DNA from: Elusimicrobiota bacterium
Lineage (GTDB): Bacteria; Elusimicrobiota; Elusimicrobia; UBA1565; UBA9628
Length of the DNA stretch: 64,000 bases
Direction: 5' to 3'
Assembly: GCA_016234805.1 (NCBI GenBank)
Contig: JACRNU010000055.1
Span: 14,039 to 78,038 of the forward strand
The notes under the pieces were generated by a model, which was not told where the DNA came from, did not search any database, and worked only from the letters and a program-made list of their open reading frames with translations. Made by a program: the position numbers and the translations under genes. This document shows, piece after piece, positions 17,714-27,245 of this stretch; positions within the stretch are counted from its first letter, which is position 1; each line of letters starts with the position of its first letter.

Positions 17714-19345
17714 ATGACGCGCTGCCCATCGCGAGTCCGGCTCCTGACAGCCGCGCTCCAAATCCTGGCCGGTCTCCTGGCCGGCCTCACGGCCGGGTGC
17801 GGACCATCCCCTGACGCGTCTTCCAAGGACCTGGTCCTGCCAGGACCCGGAGCCTCCTCTTACGGTGAAGGCGCCAGCCGGCCCTCCAGCCTGAGCCTCC
17901 TGGTGGAGAAGCGATTGGGAAGCACCCTGCAGAGGCCTCCAGCCCCTGATGCCTGCCTTGACCGGGCAGCGGAGGCCCTGGCAGCCAAGCTGGGCCCGTC
18001 CTGCGAATTGTGGCCGGTCTGGATGGAGGAGCACATCCTCCACCACGCCGGCTGTCCTGACCTTGGCATGGATTCCATCGCGGTCTGCTCCAACGGCCGC
18101 GACCCGGCCCGGTTCCTGGACCGCATCGCCCTGGAAGCCCCGCGCCAGAGGGCGGATCGCTTCGGCGCGGGCCGCGCCTCCAAGGGCCTTCTAAGCTCGG
18201 CATGGGTCTATGTCGCGGTGGAGCGCGGGCTCTTCCTCGACCCCGTGCCCCGGGGCGTGGCAGCGGACAGCCAGGTGCGCATCGGGTTTTCCCTCTCTCC
18301 CGGACTCGAAGCCCCGCGGGTCTATTCCATGGGACCCGGGGGAGGAGTCACCCTGGAATCCGTGCTTTTCGATTCCGCGCCAGGAAAGCACCTCTCCTAC
18401 ATCCAGGCGCGCGTCCCGGGACGCCACTGGGTCGAGGTCATGGCTTCAGGCGCGGGCGGGCCCAAGGTCGTGGCCCTGTTCCCGGTGGACGCGGGGGTTC
18501 CTGTCCCGCGCTCGTTCCAAGAGCCGGCCCGCGCGCCTATCAAAGCCGGGACCGCGGACGAGGCTGAAACCGCGCTCCTGGGCCTGCTCAACGAGGAACG
18601 GACATCGCGCGGCCTGGCTCCGGTCCAGCACGACCCTGAACTCGGGAAGGTGGCCCGGGCCTGGAGCGCGGAGATGCGGCGCCAGGGCCAGGTGGTCCAT
18701 GTCTCCCCGGACAGCCAGGGTCCGGGGGAGCGCGCGGCCGCGGCCGGGTACTCCAGCAAGGCCATCGGCGAGGTCCTTGCCTCAGGGAACTCGGTCCGGG
18801 AAGCGCACGAAGCCCTCATGGCCAGCCCAGCGCACCGGGCAGGCATGCTTGACCCAAGGTTCACGCACGCCGGCATCGGGGCCTCCCTGAAGACCAGCGG
18901 AGACGCGGGACCGGTTTTCTATGTGGCGGAAGAACTCTCCCTGCCCCCTCGCTCCCTGTCCGCGCCGGAGGCAGCCTCCTCCGTGCTCGAGAGAGCCATG
19001 GGCCACAGGCGGTCCTTCGGCCTGCCTGAAGCGGAGTCTCCGCCTGCCCTGGCGAGCGCCGGCCAGGGCCTTCTGGCTGCCTGGACCGGATCAGAGGCCC
19101 CGAGCTTTCTGGCGGAAAAGCTGGGCCCGAGCCTCGAAGCCGCCGGGTGGAAAGGGCCCTGCGACGCGAGCCTCCAGGTCGTGAGCGATCCAGACGATTT
19201 CATCCTGCCGGCCTCATTGAGCGCCCCCAGGCTCCGCGGCCTGGCAGTCGCGGGCCGCGAGATCCCCGTGGGACAGGAGCCGGAAGGCTCAGCCGGCACG
19301 GGCGGCAGGCCCGTCGTCCTGGTCCTGCTCGTCGCCCCAAAATAG
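17714..19345 (+). CDS. CAP (SCP) domain lipoprotein
   Basis: LTAGC lipobox; LLNEERTSRGLAP, HVSP, LMASPAHRAGMLDPRFTHAGIG; start approximate. Confidence 0.8.
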   Translation: MTRCPSRVRLLTAALQILAGLLAGLTAGCGPSPDASSKDLVLPGPGASSYGEGASRPSSLSLLVEKRLGSTLQRPPAPDACLDRAAEALAAKLGPSCELWPVWMEEHILHHAGCPDLGMDSIAVCSNGRDPARFLDRIALEAPRQRADRFGAGRASKGLLSSAWVYVAVERGLFLDPVPRGVAADSQVRIGFSLSPGLEAPRVYSMGPGGGVTLESVLFDSAPGKHLSYIQARVPGRHWVEVMASGAGGPKVVALFPVDAGVPVPRSFQEPARAPIKAGTADEAETALLGLLNEERTSRGLAPVQHDPELGKVARAWSAEMRRQGQVVHVSPDSQGPGERAAAAGYSSKAIGEVLASGNSVREAHEALMASPAHRAGMLDPRFTHAGIGASLKTSGDAGPVFYVAEELSLPPRSLSAPEAASSVLERAMGHRRSFGLPEAESPPALASAGQGLLAAWTGSEAPSFLAEKLGPSLEAAGWKGPCDASLQVVSDPDDFILPASLSAPRLRGLAVAGREIPVGQEPEGSAGTGGRPVVLVLLVAPK

Positions 19346-19373
19346 GGCGGCGTCTGGGTCGCCTGACGCGATC

Positions 19374-19757
19374 CTAGACCGCGGGGCCGATCAGGGAAGT
19401 CACCGCTGCGTCGAGCTTCCCGAACATCGAATCCATCTTGTGCAGGAGCACGACCTTGGGCCCCTTGGGGGCCATCTCGCGGGCCTTGTCCAAGGGCACT
19501 CCGGTCAGGAAGATGACGGGGATGTCCCGGGTCAGGGTCGAGGAGCGCAGGCGGACGAAAGCCTTGTCCCCGCCTGCAGCCGGCATCACGAGGTCCGAGA
19601 TGATGAGGTCGGGCTTGAGGTTGCCGGCCATGATGCCGAGCTGGAGCCCGTCGGGCGCGGGGTGCACCTCGTAGCCGAGCTTGCGGTAGTGCTCCACGAG
19701 GAGCCCGAGCACCTCGTGGTCGTCCTCCGCGATCAGGATGCTTTTGGACACCAGCAT
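19374..19757 (-). CDS. Single-domain response regulator (REC)
   Basis: ILIAEDD, PDLIISDLVMP, IPVIFLT. Confidence 0.85.
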   Translation of the reverse strand: MLVSKSILIAEDDHEVLGLLVEHYRKLGYEVHPAPDGLQLGIMAGNLKPDLIISDLVMPAAGGDKAFVRLRSSTLTRDIPVIFLTGVPLDKAREMAPKGPKVVLLHKMDSMFGKLDAAVTSLIGPAV

Positions 19758-19758
19758 C

Positions 19759-21717
19759 CTACACGGAATGCCGGTACTGCTCGAAGATCTTGGCGAGGAT
19801 GAGGAGCTCGGGATGGGCGTGCGCGAGCTTAGGCAGGACCACGCGCACGGTGTCGCGGTACTGGGAAAGCTTCTCGCGCATGGCCTTCAAGGACCTGGCC
19901 TCGGAGACCTGGAGCTTCTTGAAGTCGAACACGAGCTGGGTCCGGCGAAGGGCCATGGCCTCGCCCACCTGGGTCCAGAAGGCCTCGGCCTGGGTCCCAT
20001 GGAGGCGGCCTTCGAGCCTCAGCCACACCCTCTGGCGCGCGTGCTCGAACTCGACCTTGAGGTTGAACTCAGGGGTCGCGAACTTGCCGGGCAGGGCTTC
20101 CCAGACGTGGAGGTCCTTCCAGCCCCGCTCGGGCATGCGATAAGGAGTGCGCGTGAGCTTGGGGTGCTGGGAGATGTTGAGCTTCAGCGCGGCGCCGGTC
20201 CAGGCTGCCATGGCCACGGAAGCCGCGGCCGTGAGCTTCTCCGCGAGGGTCGGGCTGCCGAGCTCCTCGTAGGCCTGCTTCTCAAGGTCGGCGATCCAGG
20301 CTCTGACCCTGGGGTTGGGGCCGAAGATCCTGCCGGGCAGGAAGATGGGGTAGGACTTCCGGATGTCCTTGGCGAAGCGCGCCGCTTTGGCGCGCAGGAT
20401 GGGGATCGCGCTGTCGCGCATGGTCCGGTAGCCGGCCAGCCAGGTCTCCACCACGCGGTAGATGCTGGGCCCGAGCCTCTGGAAATCCTCGTCGAAGCAC
20501 CAGCGCTGGAGGGACTCGACCTCCTCGTAGCTCATGGTCGGGTGCTTGATCATGCACGTGAAGCCCGATGAGTTCCTGCAGTAGGAGGCGACGTCGTCCT
20601 TGTATTCGTCGCGGAAGCGTCCCTCGCCCATCACCCTGGCGTAGAGCGGCGTGCCCGGGGTGGGTCCGTAGATGAGGAACTGGGACAGGCTCGGCTTCAA
20701 CGCCATGAGCCCGTCGAACTCCTCCCGGATGATCTCCTTGTTCTGGTAGTCGAGGCCGAGGATCATGGACGCCAGGACCATGATGCCGTGCTCCCGCAGG
20801 TCCTTGAAGAGCTCCTCCGGAGGCCGGCCCTCCCTCTTGGCGTAGCCCGAGCGGGTACCCTCGTAGCCGATCCAGAGGCCGTCGATGCCCATCTCCGCGA
20901 GCTCGGTGGTCGTGTATTGGCTGAGCGCCTTGACGCTGCCGAACACGAAGAGGGAAATGGCCCTGCCGGAGCTGATGACGCAGTCGCGGAACTCCAGGGC
21001 CCGCGCCTTGTTGATGAGGAAGTCCTCGTCGAGGACGACGAAGGCCATGTCCGGGTCGTGGTCGAGGTAGCGCTCCATCACGGAGTAGACGTCCTTGCCC
21101 GTGGGCAGGAGCCTGATGTGCTGGCGCTTGAAGAAGTGGGAGGTGCAGCAGAAGTCGCACCCGTGCGGGCAGCCCAGGCCGCCGAAGATGAGCCCCGTAT
21201 GGGTCACGGGCACGGAGAAGATGCTCATCCTGCTCTCGACGAGCGGGTGCTTGAATCGGGAGACAGGAAGCTCGGGCTCGCACAGCAATCGGCGCATGAA
21301 GCCCACGCCCTCTTCCCGGCAGATGAAATCTGCGTGGGGCTTGAGGTCTTCGTCCGCCAGCACCGTTCCATAACCGCCGAGCACGATCTTGCTGGCAGGG
21401 GAGTGCTTGCGGACGAGGGCCACGACCTCCTTCATGCGATGGAAGGTGGCGAGAACGAACGCCACGCCCACGTAATCGTAGCCCTTCTTGAGCTCGCGGA
21501 TGAGCTCGGACTTGGAGGGATAGTGCAGGACCACGGCCGGGGTCTGGATGTTCTCCGCGATGTACTCGAGCCCGTACTGGAGGTGGTTGGCCCTGGGGCT
21601 GAACATGCCCTGGCTGCGGGTCACCTGGCCGTGCAGAAGCTCGTAGCCCACGCTGGCTCCGTCGCCGTACTTCTCGCCGATGGGCTTGCAGATGCTCGTC
21701 AACAACACTTTCTTCAC
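19759..21717 (-). CDS. B12-binding radical SAM protein with C-terminal STAS-like domain
   Basis: CPHGCDFC, LDEDF, WIGYEG, PTPGTPLY; C-terminal VWLRLEGRL..LVFDF; GGAGG RBS before GTG 21717. Confidence 0.8.
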   Translation of the reverse strand: MKKVLLTSICKPIGEKYGDGASVGYELLHGQVTRSQGMFSPRANHLQYGLEYIAENIQTPAVVLHYPSKSELIRELKKGYDYVGVAFVLATFHRMKEVVALVRKHSPASKIVLGGYGTVLADEDLKPHADFICREEGVGFMRRLLCEPELPVSRFKHPLVESRMSIFSVPVTHTGLIFGGLGCPHGCDFCCTSHFFKRQHIRLLPTGKDVYSVMERYLDHDPDMAFVVLDEDFLINKARALEFRDCVISSGRAISLFVFGSVKALSQYTTTELAEMGIDGLWIGYEGTRSGYAKREGRPPEELFKDLREHGIMVLASMILGLDYQNKEIIREEFDGLMALKPSLSQFLIYGPTPGTPLYARVMGEGRFRDEYKDDVASYCRNSSGFTCMIKHPTMSYEEVESLQRWCFDEDFQRLGPSIYRVVETWLAGYRTMRDSAIPILRAKAARFAKDIRKSYPIFLPGRIFGPNPRVRAWIADLEKQAYEELGSPTLAEKLTAAASVAMAAWTGAALKLNISQHPKLTRTPYRMPERGWKDLHVWEALPGKFATPEFNLKVEFEHARQRVWLRLEGRLHGTQAEAFWTQVGEAMALRRTQLVFDFKKLQVSEARSLKAMREKLSQYRDTVRVVLPKLAHAHPELLILAKIFEQYRHSV

Positions 21718-21835
21718 TGAATGGGATCCTCCAGACCGGTCTGCGTCATGCGGGACGAGATTCAGGGAATATAGCAATTATCCCTCACTGCCGCATGCGT
21801 CATGTTAATATCATAAGTGTCAGACACTTTAGACT

Positions 21836-21895
21836 TAAGAACTCTCCCCGGGGAGAGTTCTTACCCTTGACGCTTTCCTCACGATGGGGTATTCT
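21836..21895 (+). promoter_or_regulatory. 28-bp perfect palindrome abutting a sigma70 promoter
   Basis: TAAGAACTCTCCCC|GGGGAGAGTTCTTA (21836-21863), then TTGACG-17nt-TATTCT (21867-21895). Confidence 0.7.
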
Positions 21896-21906
21896 GGATA
21901 GGCGCC

Positions 21907-23265
21907 ATGAGCAACCGACTTCTCCTCCAGGCCTACGGCTGGGTCTTCCTCTCCGCTGGAGCGGTCTTCCTCTGCTTGAACGGACCTTTCACCGCAGCCT
22001 TCAATTCCCTGGCTGGACCGCTCCCTTGGGCCGCCCCCCTTCCCGATGCCGGGAGGTCGCTCTGGCTGGGGCTCACCGGCTCGATGATGGCGATGATCGC
22101 GTACCTCTCCTTCATCCTCTCGACCGACCCCTGGCAAGGCGCGGCATGGCGCGCGCTCCTGCTGTCCAAGGGAGTCTCATCCCTGCTGTTCCTCTGCTTC
22201 GGCCTCTCGGAACGCAATCTCCTTTTCGTCATCGCCGCCCTGGTGGACGGCGGCATCCTGCTCCACCTCGCATGGCTGAGCACGGCCTTCAGCGACCTCC
22301 CGGACCCCTGGAGTCCGAGGTCCGGCCTCATCCCGGACTGCGTCCACGAGGCATGGTTCCTCAAGGCCAACGACCCCGCTTCGAGGGACGCCTTCTGGCT
22401 GAGATACACTCTTGAGCGCTCCGGGAACGGGGTCGAGGGAAGACTCTGGTACGCCGTGTTCGACGCCAAGGAGCGCAAGGTCGCAAGCGGAACCTGGACC
22501 GAGCCTGAAGCAGGGGCCTGCCATGGCCTGGCCATGGGAGGCCAGGCCGTGTGGCGCGTGGGAGGCAGCATCCTCTCCACGGCTTCAGCCTCGGCCCGCG
22601 GTCCGAAGGCTGAGTGGCGGCTGTCCTGGGAGCCCTCTGATGTTCCCCCCTTTCCTTTCGTCCCGCCTTGGCTCTACCTTTGGGGATTGGCCGGGACCGT
22701 CTACACTTCGCCGATCCCCGCGGCGGTCTTCAACGGCGAGGTCAGCGTCCACGGCCGGACCTACCGCTTCTCCCAAGCGCTGGGAAGCATCGGACATCTA
22801 TGGGGGAGGCGCAAGGCCGAATCCTGGCGCTGGGCTCATGCCGTGTTCCTGGGCAAGAACGGCAAGGTCGGATCGGTCTTCGAGATACTCTCGGCCCGGG
22901 GCAGGCTCGGTCCCTTCGTCCTGCCGCCAGTGACTCGGGCGCATCTCTGGCGCGACGGACGCCACCATGCCAGCGCATGGCAGGGATGCCGCACCTGGGC
23001 CGCGGACAAGGGCTGGGGGTTCTTCGTCAACTTCGATGGGTTCAGCGGCCAGGGTGTCTGCGTCCCGGATGAGGGCCTGACCGCCGAGTTCGACTATCAC
23101 GATCCCGACGGCAGGACCCTCAGCTGCAGGAATTCCAAGGTCGGCTCCATGTGGGTCGACCTCTCCGGGACAGGGGACCGCGCAGCCGGGGCCTTCGAGA
23201 GCACGGGCTCCGTCTTAGAGACCAAGGACTCCGCGGCCGTGGAAACCGTCGAGCCCAAGACATGA
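21907..23265 (+). CDS. N-terminal 4-TM domain + tocopherol-cyclase/lipocalin-like domain protein
   Basis: HEAWFLK, FWLRYT, GHLWG...WRWAH, YHDPDG..C.NS. Confidence 0.6.
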   Translation: MSNRLLLQAYGWVFLSAGAVFLCLNGPFTAAFNSLAGPLPWAAPLPDAGRSLWLGLTGSMMAMIAYLSFILSTDPWQGAAWRALLLSKGVSSLLFLCFGLSERNLLFVIAALVDGGILLHLAWLSTAFSDLPDPWSPRSGLIPDCVHEAWFLKANDPASRDAFWLRYTLERSGNGVEGRLWYAVFDAKERKVASGTWTEPEAGACHGLAMGGQAVWRVGGSILSTASASARGPKAEWRLSWEPSDVPPFPFVPPWLYLWGLAGTVYTSPIPAAVFNGEVSVHGRTYRFSQALGSIGHLWGRRKAESWRWAHAVFLGKNGKVGSVFEILSARGRLGPFVLPPVTRAHLWRDGRHHASAWQGCRTWAADKGWGFFVNFDGFSGQGVCVPDEGLTAEFDYHDPDGRTLSCRNSKVGSMWVDLSGTGDRAAGAFESTGSVLETKDSAAVETVEPKT

Positions 23266-25157
23266 GCTTCGGCACGCGCCTCATCGCGGACTTCGCCCTG
23301 GACTGCGCCGCGGTCCGCGGTGACAAGACCGTCGAGGAGGGGGCGCTTCGAGAGACCATCGAGCGCCGCGCAATGCGCCTTCCCTTCTGGGCTTTCCTGC
23401 TCGCGGCCTCGGCCGCGTTCGCGCTCCAGTGGCTCATGCCCCTTATCCTTCTGGGCAAGCCGCGGAGGTTCCAGGGCCTGTCTCCTGAGGAAGCGGACCT
23501 CCTGCTCGAACGGCTCCAACTCGTCACCCTCATCCCAGTGCGCGGGCCCTTCCTGGCGCTCAAGTCCCTGGTCCTGCCCGTCCTTTACGGACTCAGCGCG
23601 AAACCGGCGACCACAGACCGGAGCCAAGCCGTTCCTGCCGACCTCAGCGACACGGGGGCCGCCAGCACCAGCGACACGGGCCCCGCTCCAGCCGCGCCCG
23701 CGGCGCGCCTGAGCAGCGGCGGCCGCTGGGATGTGGTCGTGGCAGGCAGCGGGGCTGGCGGCGCCGCGGTCGCCGCGCGCCTGGCCCAAGGAGGGGCCAA
23801 GGTCCTCCTGCTGGAAAAAGGAGGCTGGGCCTCCTCGCAACCGGACGCGTGTGAAGCAGTGTCACGCTACTATACGGGAGCGGGTTTCGTCGCGGCCCTC
23901 GGCAGGTGCATGATCCCGGTGCCGACCGGCACAGCCGTGGGAGGGACCACGGCCATCAACTCAGGCACCTGCATGCGCGCGCCCGGCGAAGCGCTCGAGC
24001 GCTGGGAGGAGATCGGCCGGGGCCGATTCACCAAAGCCGAGTTCGAGCGTCGGCTCGACGAGGCATGGCGCCTTCTCAAAGTGCGCGAGGCTCCGGCCCG
24101 CACCTTCGGCGGTTCATCTAGGCTCGTGCTTCAGGGGCTTTCGCGCCTCGGCGGACCAACAGCTGAGCCTGTGGACCGCTGCGAGGACGGGTGCGAAGGC
24201 TCCGGCCGCTGCTGCTTCGCATGCCCCACAAGCGCCAAGATCACCTCCTCAAAGGCCTTCCTCGAGCCGCTGCAGGGCGATCCGCGCCTGACCTTGTCGC
24301 CCCGGACCTACCTGACCGGGATCCGGCCTCCTGCCAAGGCAGGCGATAGCGTGCAGTTGACGGTCCGGCGCAAAGATTCAGGTCTGACCGAGGACCTCGA
24401 ATGCGGCCGCCTCGTGCTCGCGGCCGGAACCCTGGCCACCCCCTATTTCGTCCGCAGGTTCCGCCTTGGCTCCGCCTGGCGCCTGGCAGGAGACGGGCTC
24501 TCCCTGCACCCGGCTTCCAAGGTCTTCGGCCTCTTCCAGGAACCCGTGGACGGGTGGAAGGGAGTGCCGCAGGGCCTCGGCTTCGACGACCAGACGGACC
24601 CGGCCATACGCTACGAGGGCGTCTTCACCCCGCCGGAGATGGCGGCCGTCACCATGCCTCTCGAGGGCGGCCGCCTGCGCTGGTGGATGGACCGCTACCG
24701 CCATGTCGCGACCTTCGGGTTCATGATCCGCGATGCCGCGCGCGGCACGGTCCGCCACCCGTTCGGCCCGGGCCTGCCTGTCATCCGCTATGACCTGACT
24801 CCCAAAGACCTGTCCAGGATGACGGCGGCCATGCGGTTCGTGGCAAGGGTCTTCTTCGCCGCAGGGGCCAGCCGCGTGCTCATGCCGATCAATGCTCGCG
24901 GCAACGAGATCGGCAACCCCACCGAACTCGATGCCGAAGCCTTGAGGGCTCCTTGCCCCTCCCAGCTCTACAGCATGGCCTTCCACCCGCTGGGCACCTG
25001 CGCCATGGGCCGCGTGGTCGACGAAGACCTCAGGCTCACCCCAGGCATCTTCGTCTGCGACGGGTCCGTGGTGCCGGAGAGCCTGGGAGTCAATCCCCAG
25101 ATGACGATCTACGCCTTCGCGCTAAGATTGGCTGATCATCTGCTATGCGCGACCTGA
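23262..25157 (+). CDS. GMC family oxidoreductase with N-terminal extension
   Basis: VVVAGSGAGG, VGGTTAINSG, CEGSGRCCFACP, AFHPLGT, SLGVNPQMTI; ATGA coupling. Confidence 0.9.
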   Translation: MSFGTRLIADFALDCAAVRGDKTVEEGALRETIERRAMRLPFWAFLLAASAAFALQWLMPLILLGKPRRFQGLSPEEADLLLERLQLVTLIPVRGPFLALKSLVLPVLYGLSAKPATTDRSQAVPADLSDTGAASTSDTGPAPAAPAARLSSGGRWDVVVAGSGAGGAAVAARLAQGGAKVLLLEKGGWASSQPDACEAVSRYYTGAGFVAALGRCMIPVPTGTAVGGTTAINSGTCMRAPGEALERWEEIGRGRFTKAEFERRLDEAWRLLKVREAPARTFGGSSRLVLQGLSRLGGPTAEPVDRCEDGCEGSGRCCFACPTSAKITSSKAFLEPLQGDPRLTLSPRTYLTGIRPPAKAGDSVQLTVRRKDSGLTEDLECGRLVLAAGTLATPYFVRRFRLGSAWRLAGDGLSLHPASKVFGLFQEPVDGWKGVPQGLGFDDQTDPAIRYEGVFTPPEMAAVTMPLEGGRLRWWMDRYRHVATFGFMIRDAARGTVRHPFGPGLPVIRYDLTPKDLSRMTAAMRFVARVFFAAGASRVLMPINARGNEIGNPTELDAEALRAPCPSQLYSMAFHPLGTCAMGRVVDEDLRLTPGIFVCDGSVVPESLGVNPQMTIYAFALRLADHLLCAT

Positions 25158-26452
25158 TCGTCATCGGCGGGGGCATCACGGGCGCCGCGGCCTTCAGGGC
25201 CGCGGCCCGGGCCGGCCTCTCGGTGTTCCTGCTCGACCGCGGCCTGGCCGGAGGCGCGACCACGGCCGTGACCAGCGGCCTCTTCCACGGCGGCCTGCGC
25301 TATCTGGCGCACGACGTGGCCACCTCCTACTCCATGTGCCGTGAGATCTCAGCCCTGCTCGCGGACAAGCCGGACCTCCTGACCCGCCAGATGTTCCTGT
25401 GGCCGGTCTATCGCCACCACAAGCTCGGCTTCGGGCTGGTGGGGAGCATGATGGAATACTACGACCGCTTCGCGGGCCTGCGCTCGAGCCCGGGCCACTT
25501 CAGGCTCTCGGCTGGAGAGACCCTGGAGCGCGTCCCCGCCCTGGAGGGGGCAGGTCTGGAGGGCAGCTTCGCCTTCGATGAGTGGCGCGTGGACGTCCCT
25601 TGCCTGGTCCGAAGCCTCCTGGACGAAGGCAAGGCCGCGGGCGGGGAGGTCCTCGAGGGCAGGAGGGTCGTGGGGCTCGTGGTGAAATCCGGGCTCGTGA
25701 CCGCGGCGCGGATCGGGGTCCCGAGAGGAGGGTCCATCGAGTTCCACAGCCGGGTCTTCCTCAACGCCGGCGGCCCCTGGGCAGGGGAAGTGGCGGCCCT
25801 GGCAGGCTCGAAGGCCGTGAAGCTGAGCCTGCGTCGCGGAGCGCACCTGATCGTGCCGCATGAGCCCCCGGGGTGCGGCCTCATCTTCCCCGAGCCCTCG
25901 GGCCGGTACATCGGGCTCTATCCCAGGGACGGGGAGTTCTGGGTCGGGCCCACGGACGACCCTCACGAGGCTGGTCCGGACCAGGTGCTCTCCTCCCATG
26001 AGGAATCGGAGCGTCTGCGCCGAAGCCTGGCCACAGTGCTGCCCGGGTATCCGCGCGACTCGGGCAGGACCGTGGTGGGCCTGCGTCCCATCTTCAAGCA
26101 GTTCATGTCAGGAGGCATGCTCTCCAGGGACTACCGGATCATCGACCATGCCTCGGAAGGCATCGACAACCTGGTGACCGTGGTCGGAGGCAAGCTCACC
26201 TCGCACCGGCCCATGGCCGAGGACTCCCTGGCCGCGATCCTGCCCAAGCTCGATCGCATGCCGTCCTCCGGAAAGTCGCAGTCTCCGACATATGGACTCC
26301 CGGCCTCGCGGCTCCTTTCCACGCGCAGCAGGCTGGCCAGCCTGGCTCTTTCCGCGGGCCTGCTGGCCTACCACGGCCTGCGGCACGCTCTATCCAAGCC
26401 GGACCCGGACCGCGGCGGCGAAGGATTCCGCAAGGCCTTCCCTGAGAAATGA
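25145..26452 (+). CDS. FAD-dependent glycerol-3-phosphate dehydrogenase-like oxidoreductase
   Basis: IGGGITG, SGLFHGGLRYL, NAGGPW, GLRP, SRDY, GGKLTSHR. Confidence 0.85.
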   Translation: MRDLIVIGGGITGAAAFRAAARAGLSVFLLDRGLAGGATTAVTSGLFHGGLRYLAHDVATSYSMCREISALLADKPDLLTRQMFLWPVYRHHKLGFGLVGSMMEYYDRFAGLRSSPGHFRLSAGETLERVPALEGAGLEGSFAFDEWRVDVPCLVRSLLDEGKAAGGEVLEGRRVVGLVVKSGLVTAARIGVPRGGSIEFHSRVFLNAGGPWAGEVAALAGSKAVKLSLRRGAHLIVPHEPPGCGLIFPEPSGRYIGLYPRDGEFWVGPTDDPHEAGPDQVLSSHEESERLRRSLATVLPGYPRDSGRTVVGLRPIFKQFMSGGMLSRDYRIIDHASEGIDNLVTVVGGKLTSHRPMAEDSLAAILPKLDRMPSSGKSQSPTYGLPASRLLSTRSRLASLALSAGLLAYHGLRHALSKPDPDRGGEGFRKAFPEK

Positions 26453-26453
26453 C

Positions 26454-27170
26454 ATGGCTCGTGAAATACTCGTGGCCTCCGCTGACCCGCAGTTCCTCGA
26501 CAGCGTGCGGAGGCAGTTCGAGGAAGCTGGAGTCTCCCTGCGCCTGCTCGACCACCTGCCGGACCTTTCCGGGCTCATGGCAGCGGGCGCCATCCAGGCC
26601 GCGGTCCTGGACCTGGACCTCAGCCCCAAGCCTCCTTGGGAGATCCTCTCCCAGTCCAGGCTCCATCCTCAGACGGCCAAGATCCCCATCGTGGCAGTCA
26701 CGGGCCTCTACACCAACCCGCGCTTCGTGATCGAGGGCCTCAAGGCCGGGGCGGTCGAATACCTCCTCAAGCCCGTGGACCCCAGGGTCCTGGCAGCCAG
26801 GGTCGAAGCCCTGGCCTCTGCCATGGAACGGCGGCGCAAGGCAGGCGGAGCCTGGGTCCTGCGCACCCCGGATGACCGCATCCTCCTCGACCTCAGGGCG
26901 CACAAGTGCGTGGTCCGCGGTCCTGGAGGGAAGGAAGAAGAGGCCGGCCTCTCGCCCAAGGAGTTCTCGCTCCTGGCAGCCCTCCTGGGGAGATACGGGG
27001 AACTGGTCCGCAAGGAAGAGCTCATGCGCGTGCTCTGGCCCTCCGCGACCAAGACCACCAGGTCCAATGAGATCACCCTGGCTCAGTTCATCGCGCACCT
27101 GAGGCAAAAGGTCCCGGCATTGAGAGAAAGACTCAAGACCGTTTGGGGTTTGGGATTCAGGCTGGAATAA
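26454..27170 (+). CDS. OmpR-family response regulator (atypical acidic pocket)
   Basis: REC (VLDLDL, GAVEYLLKP) + winged helix (LSPKEFSLL, LKTVWGLGFRL). Confidence 0.85.
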   Translation: MAREILVASADPQFLDSVRRQFEEAGVSLRLLDHLPDLSGLMAAGAIQAAVLDLDLSPKPPWEILSQSRLHPQTAKIPIVAVTGLYTNPRFVIEGLKAGAVEYLLKPVDPRVLAARVEALASAMERRRKAGGAWVLRTPDDRILLDLRAHKCVVRGPGGKEEEAGLSPKEFSLLAALLGRYGELVRKEELMRVLWPSATKTTRSNEITLAQFIAHLRQKVPALRERLKTVWGLGFRLE

Positions 27171-27210
27171 AGGTGTCACCAGTATTCATCAATCATTCAT
27201 AATTACGATA

Positions 27211-27239
27211 TTGATTATTCCATCTTCCTCATATATGCT
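27211..27239 (+). promoter_or_regulatory. sigma70 promoter, probably leaderless
   Basis: TTGATT-17nt-TATGCT, then 6 nt to GTG 27246. Confidence 0.7.
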
Positions 27240-27245
27240 TATATC

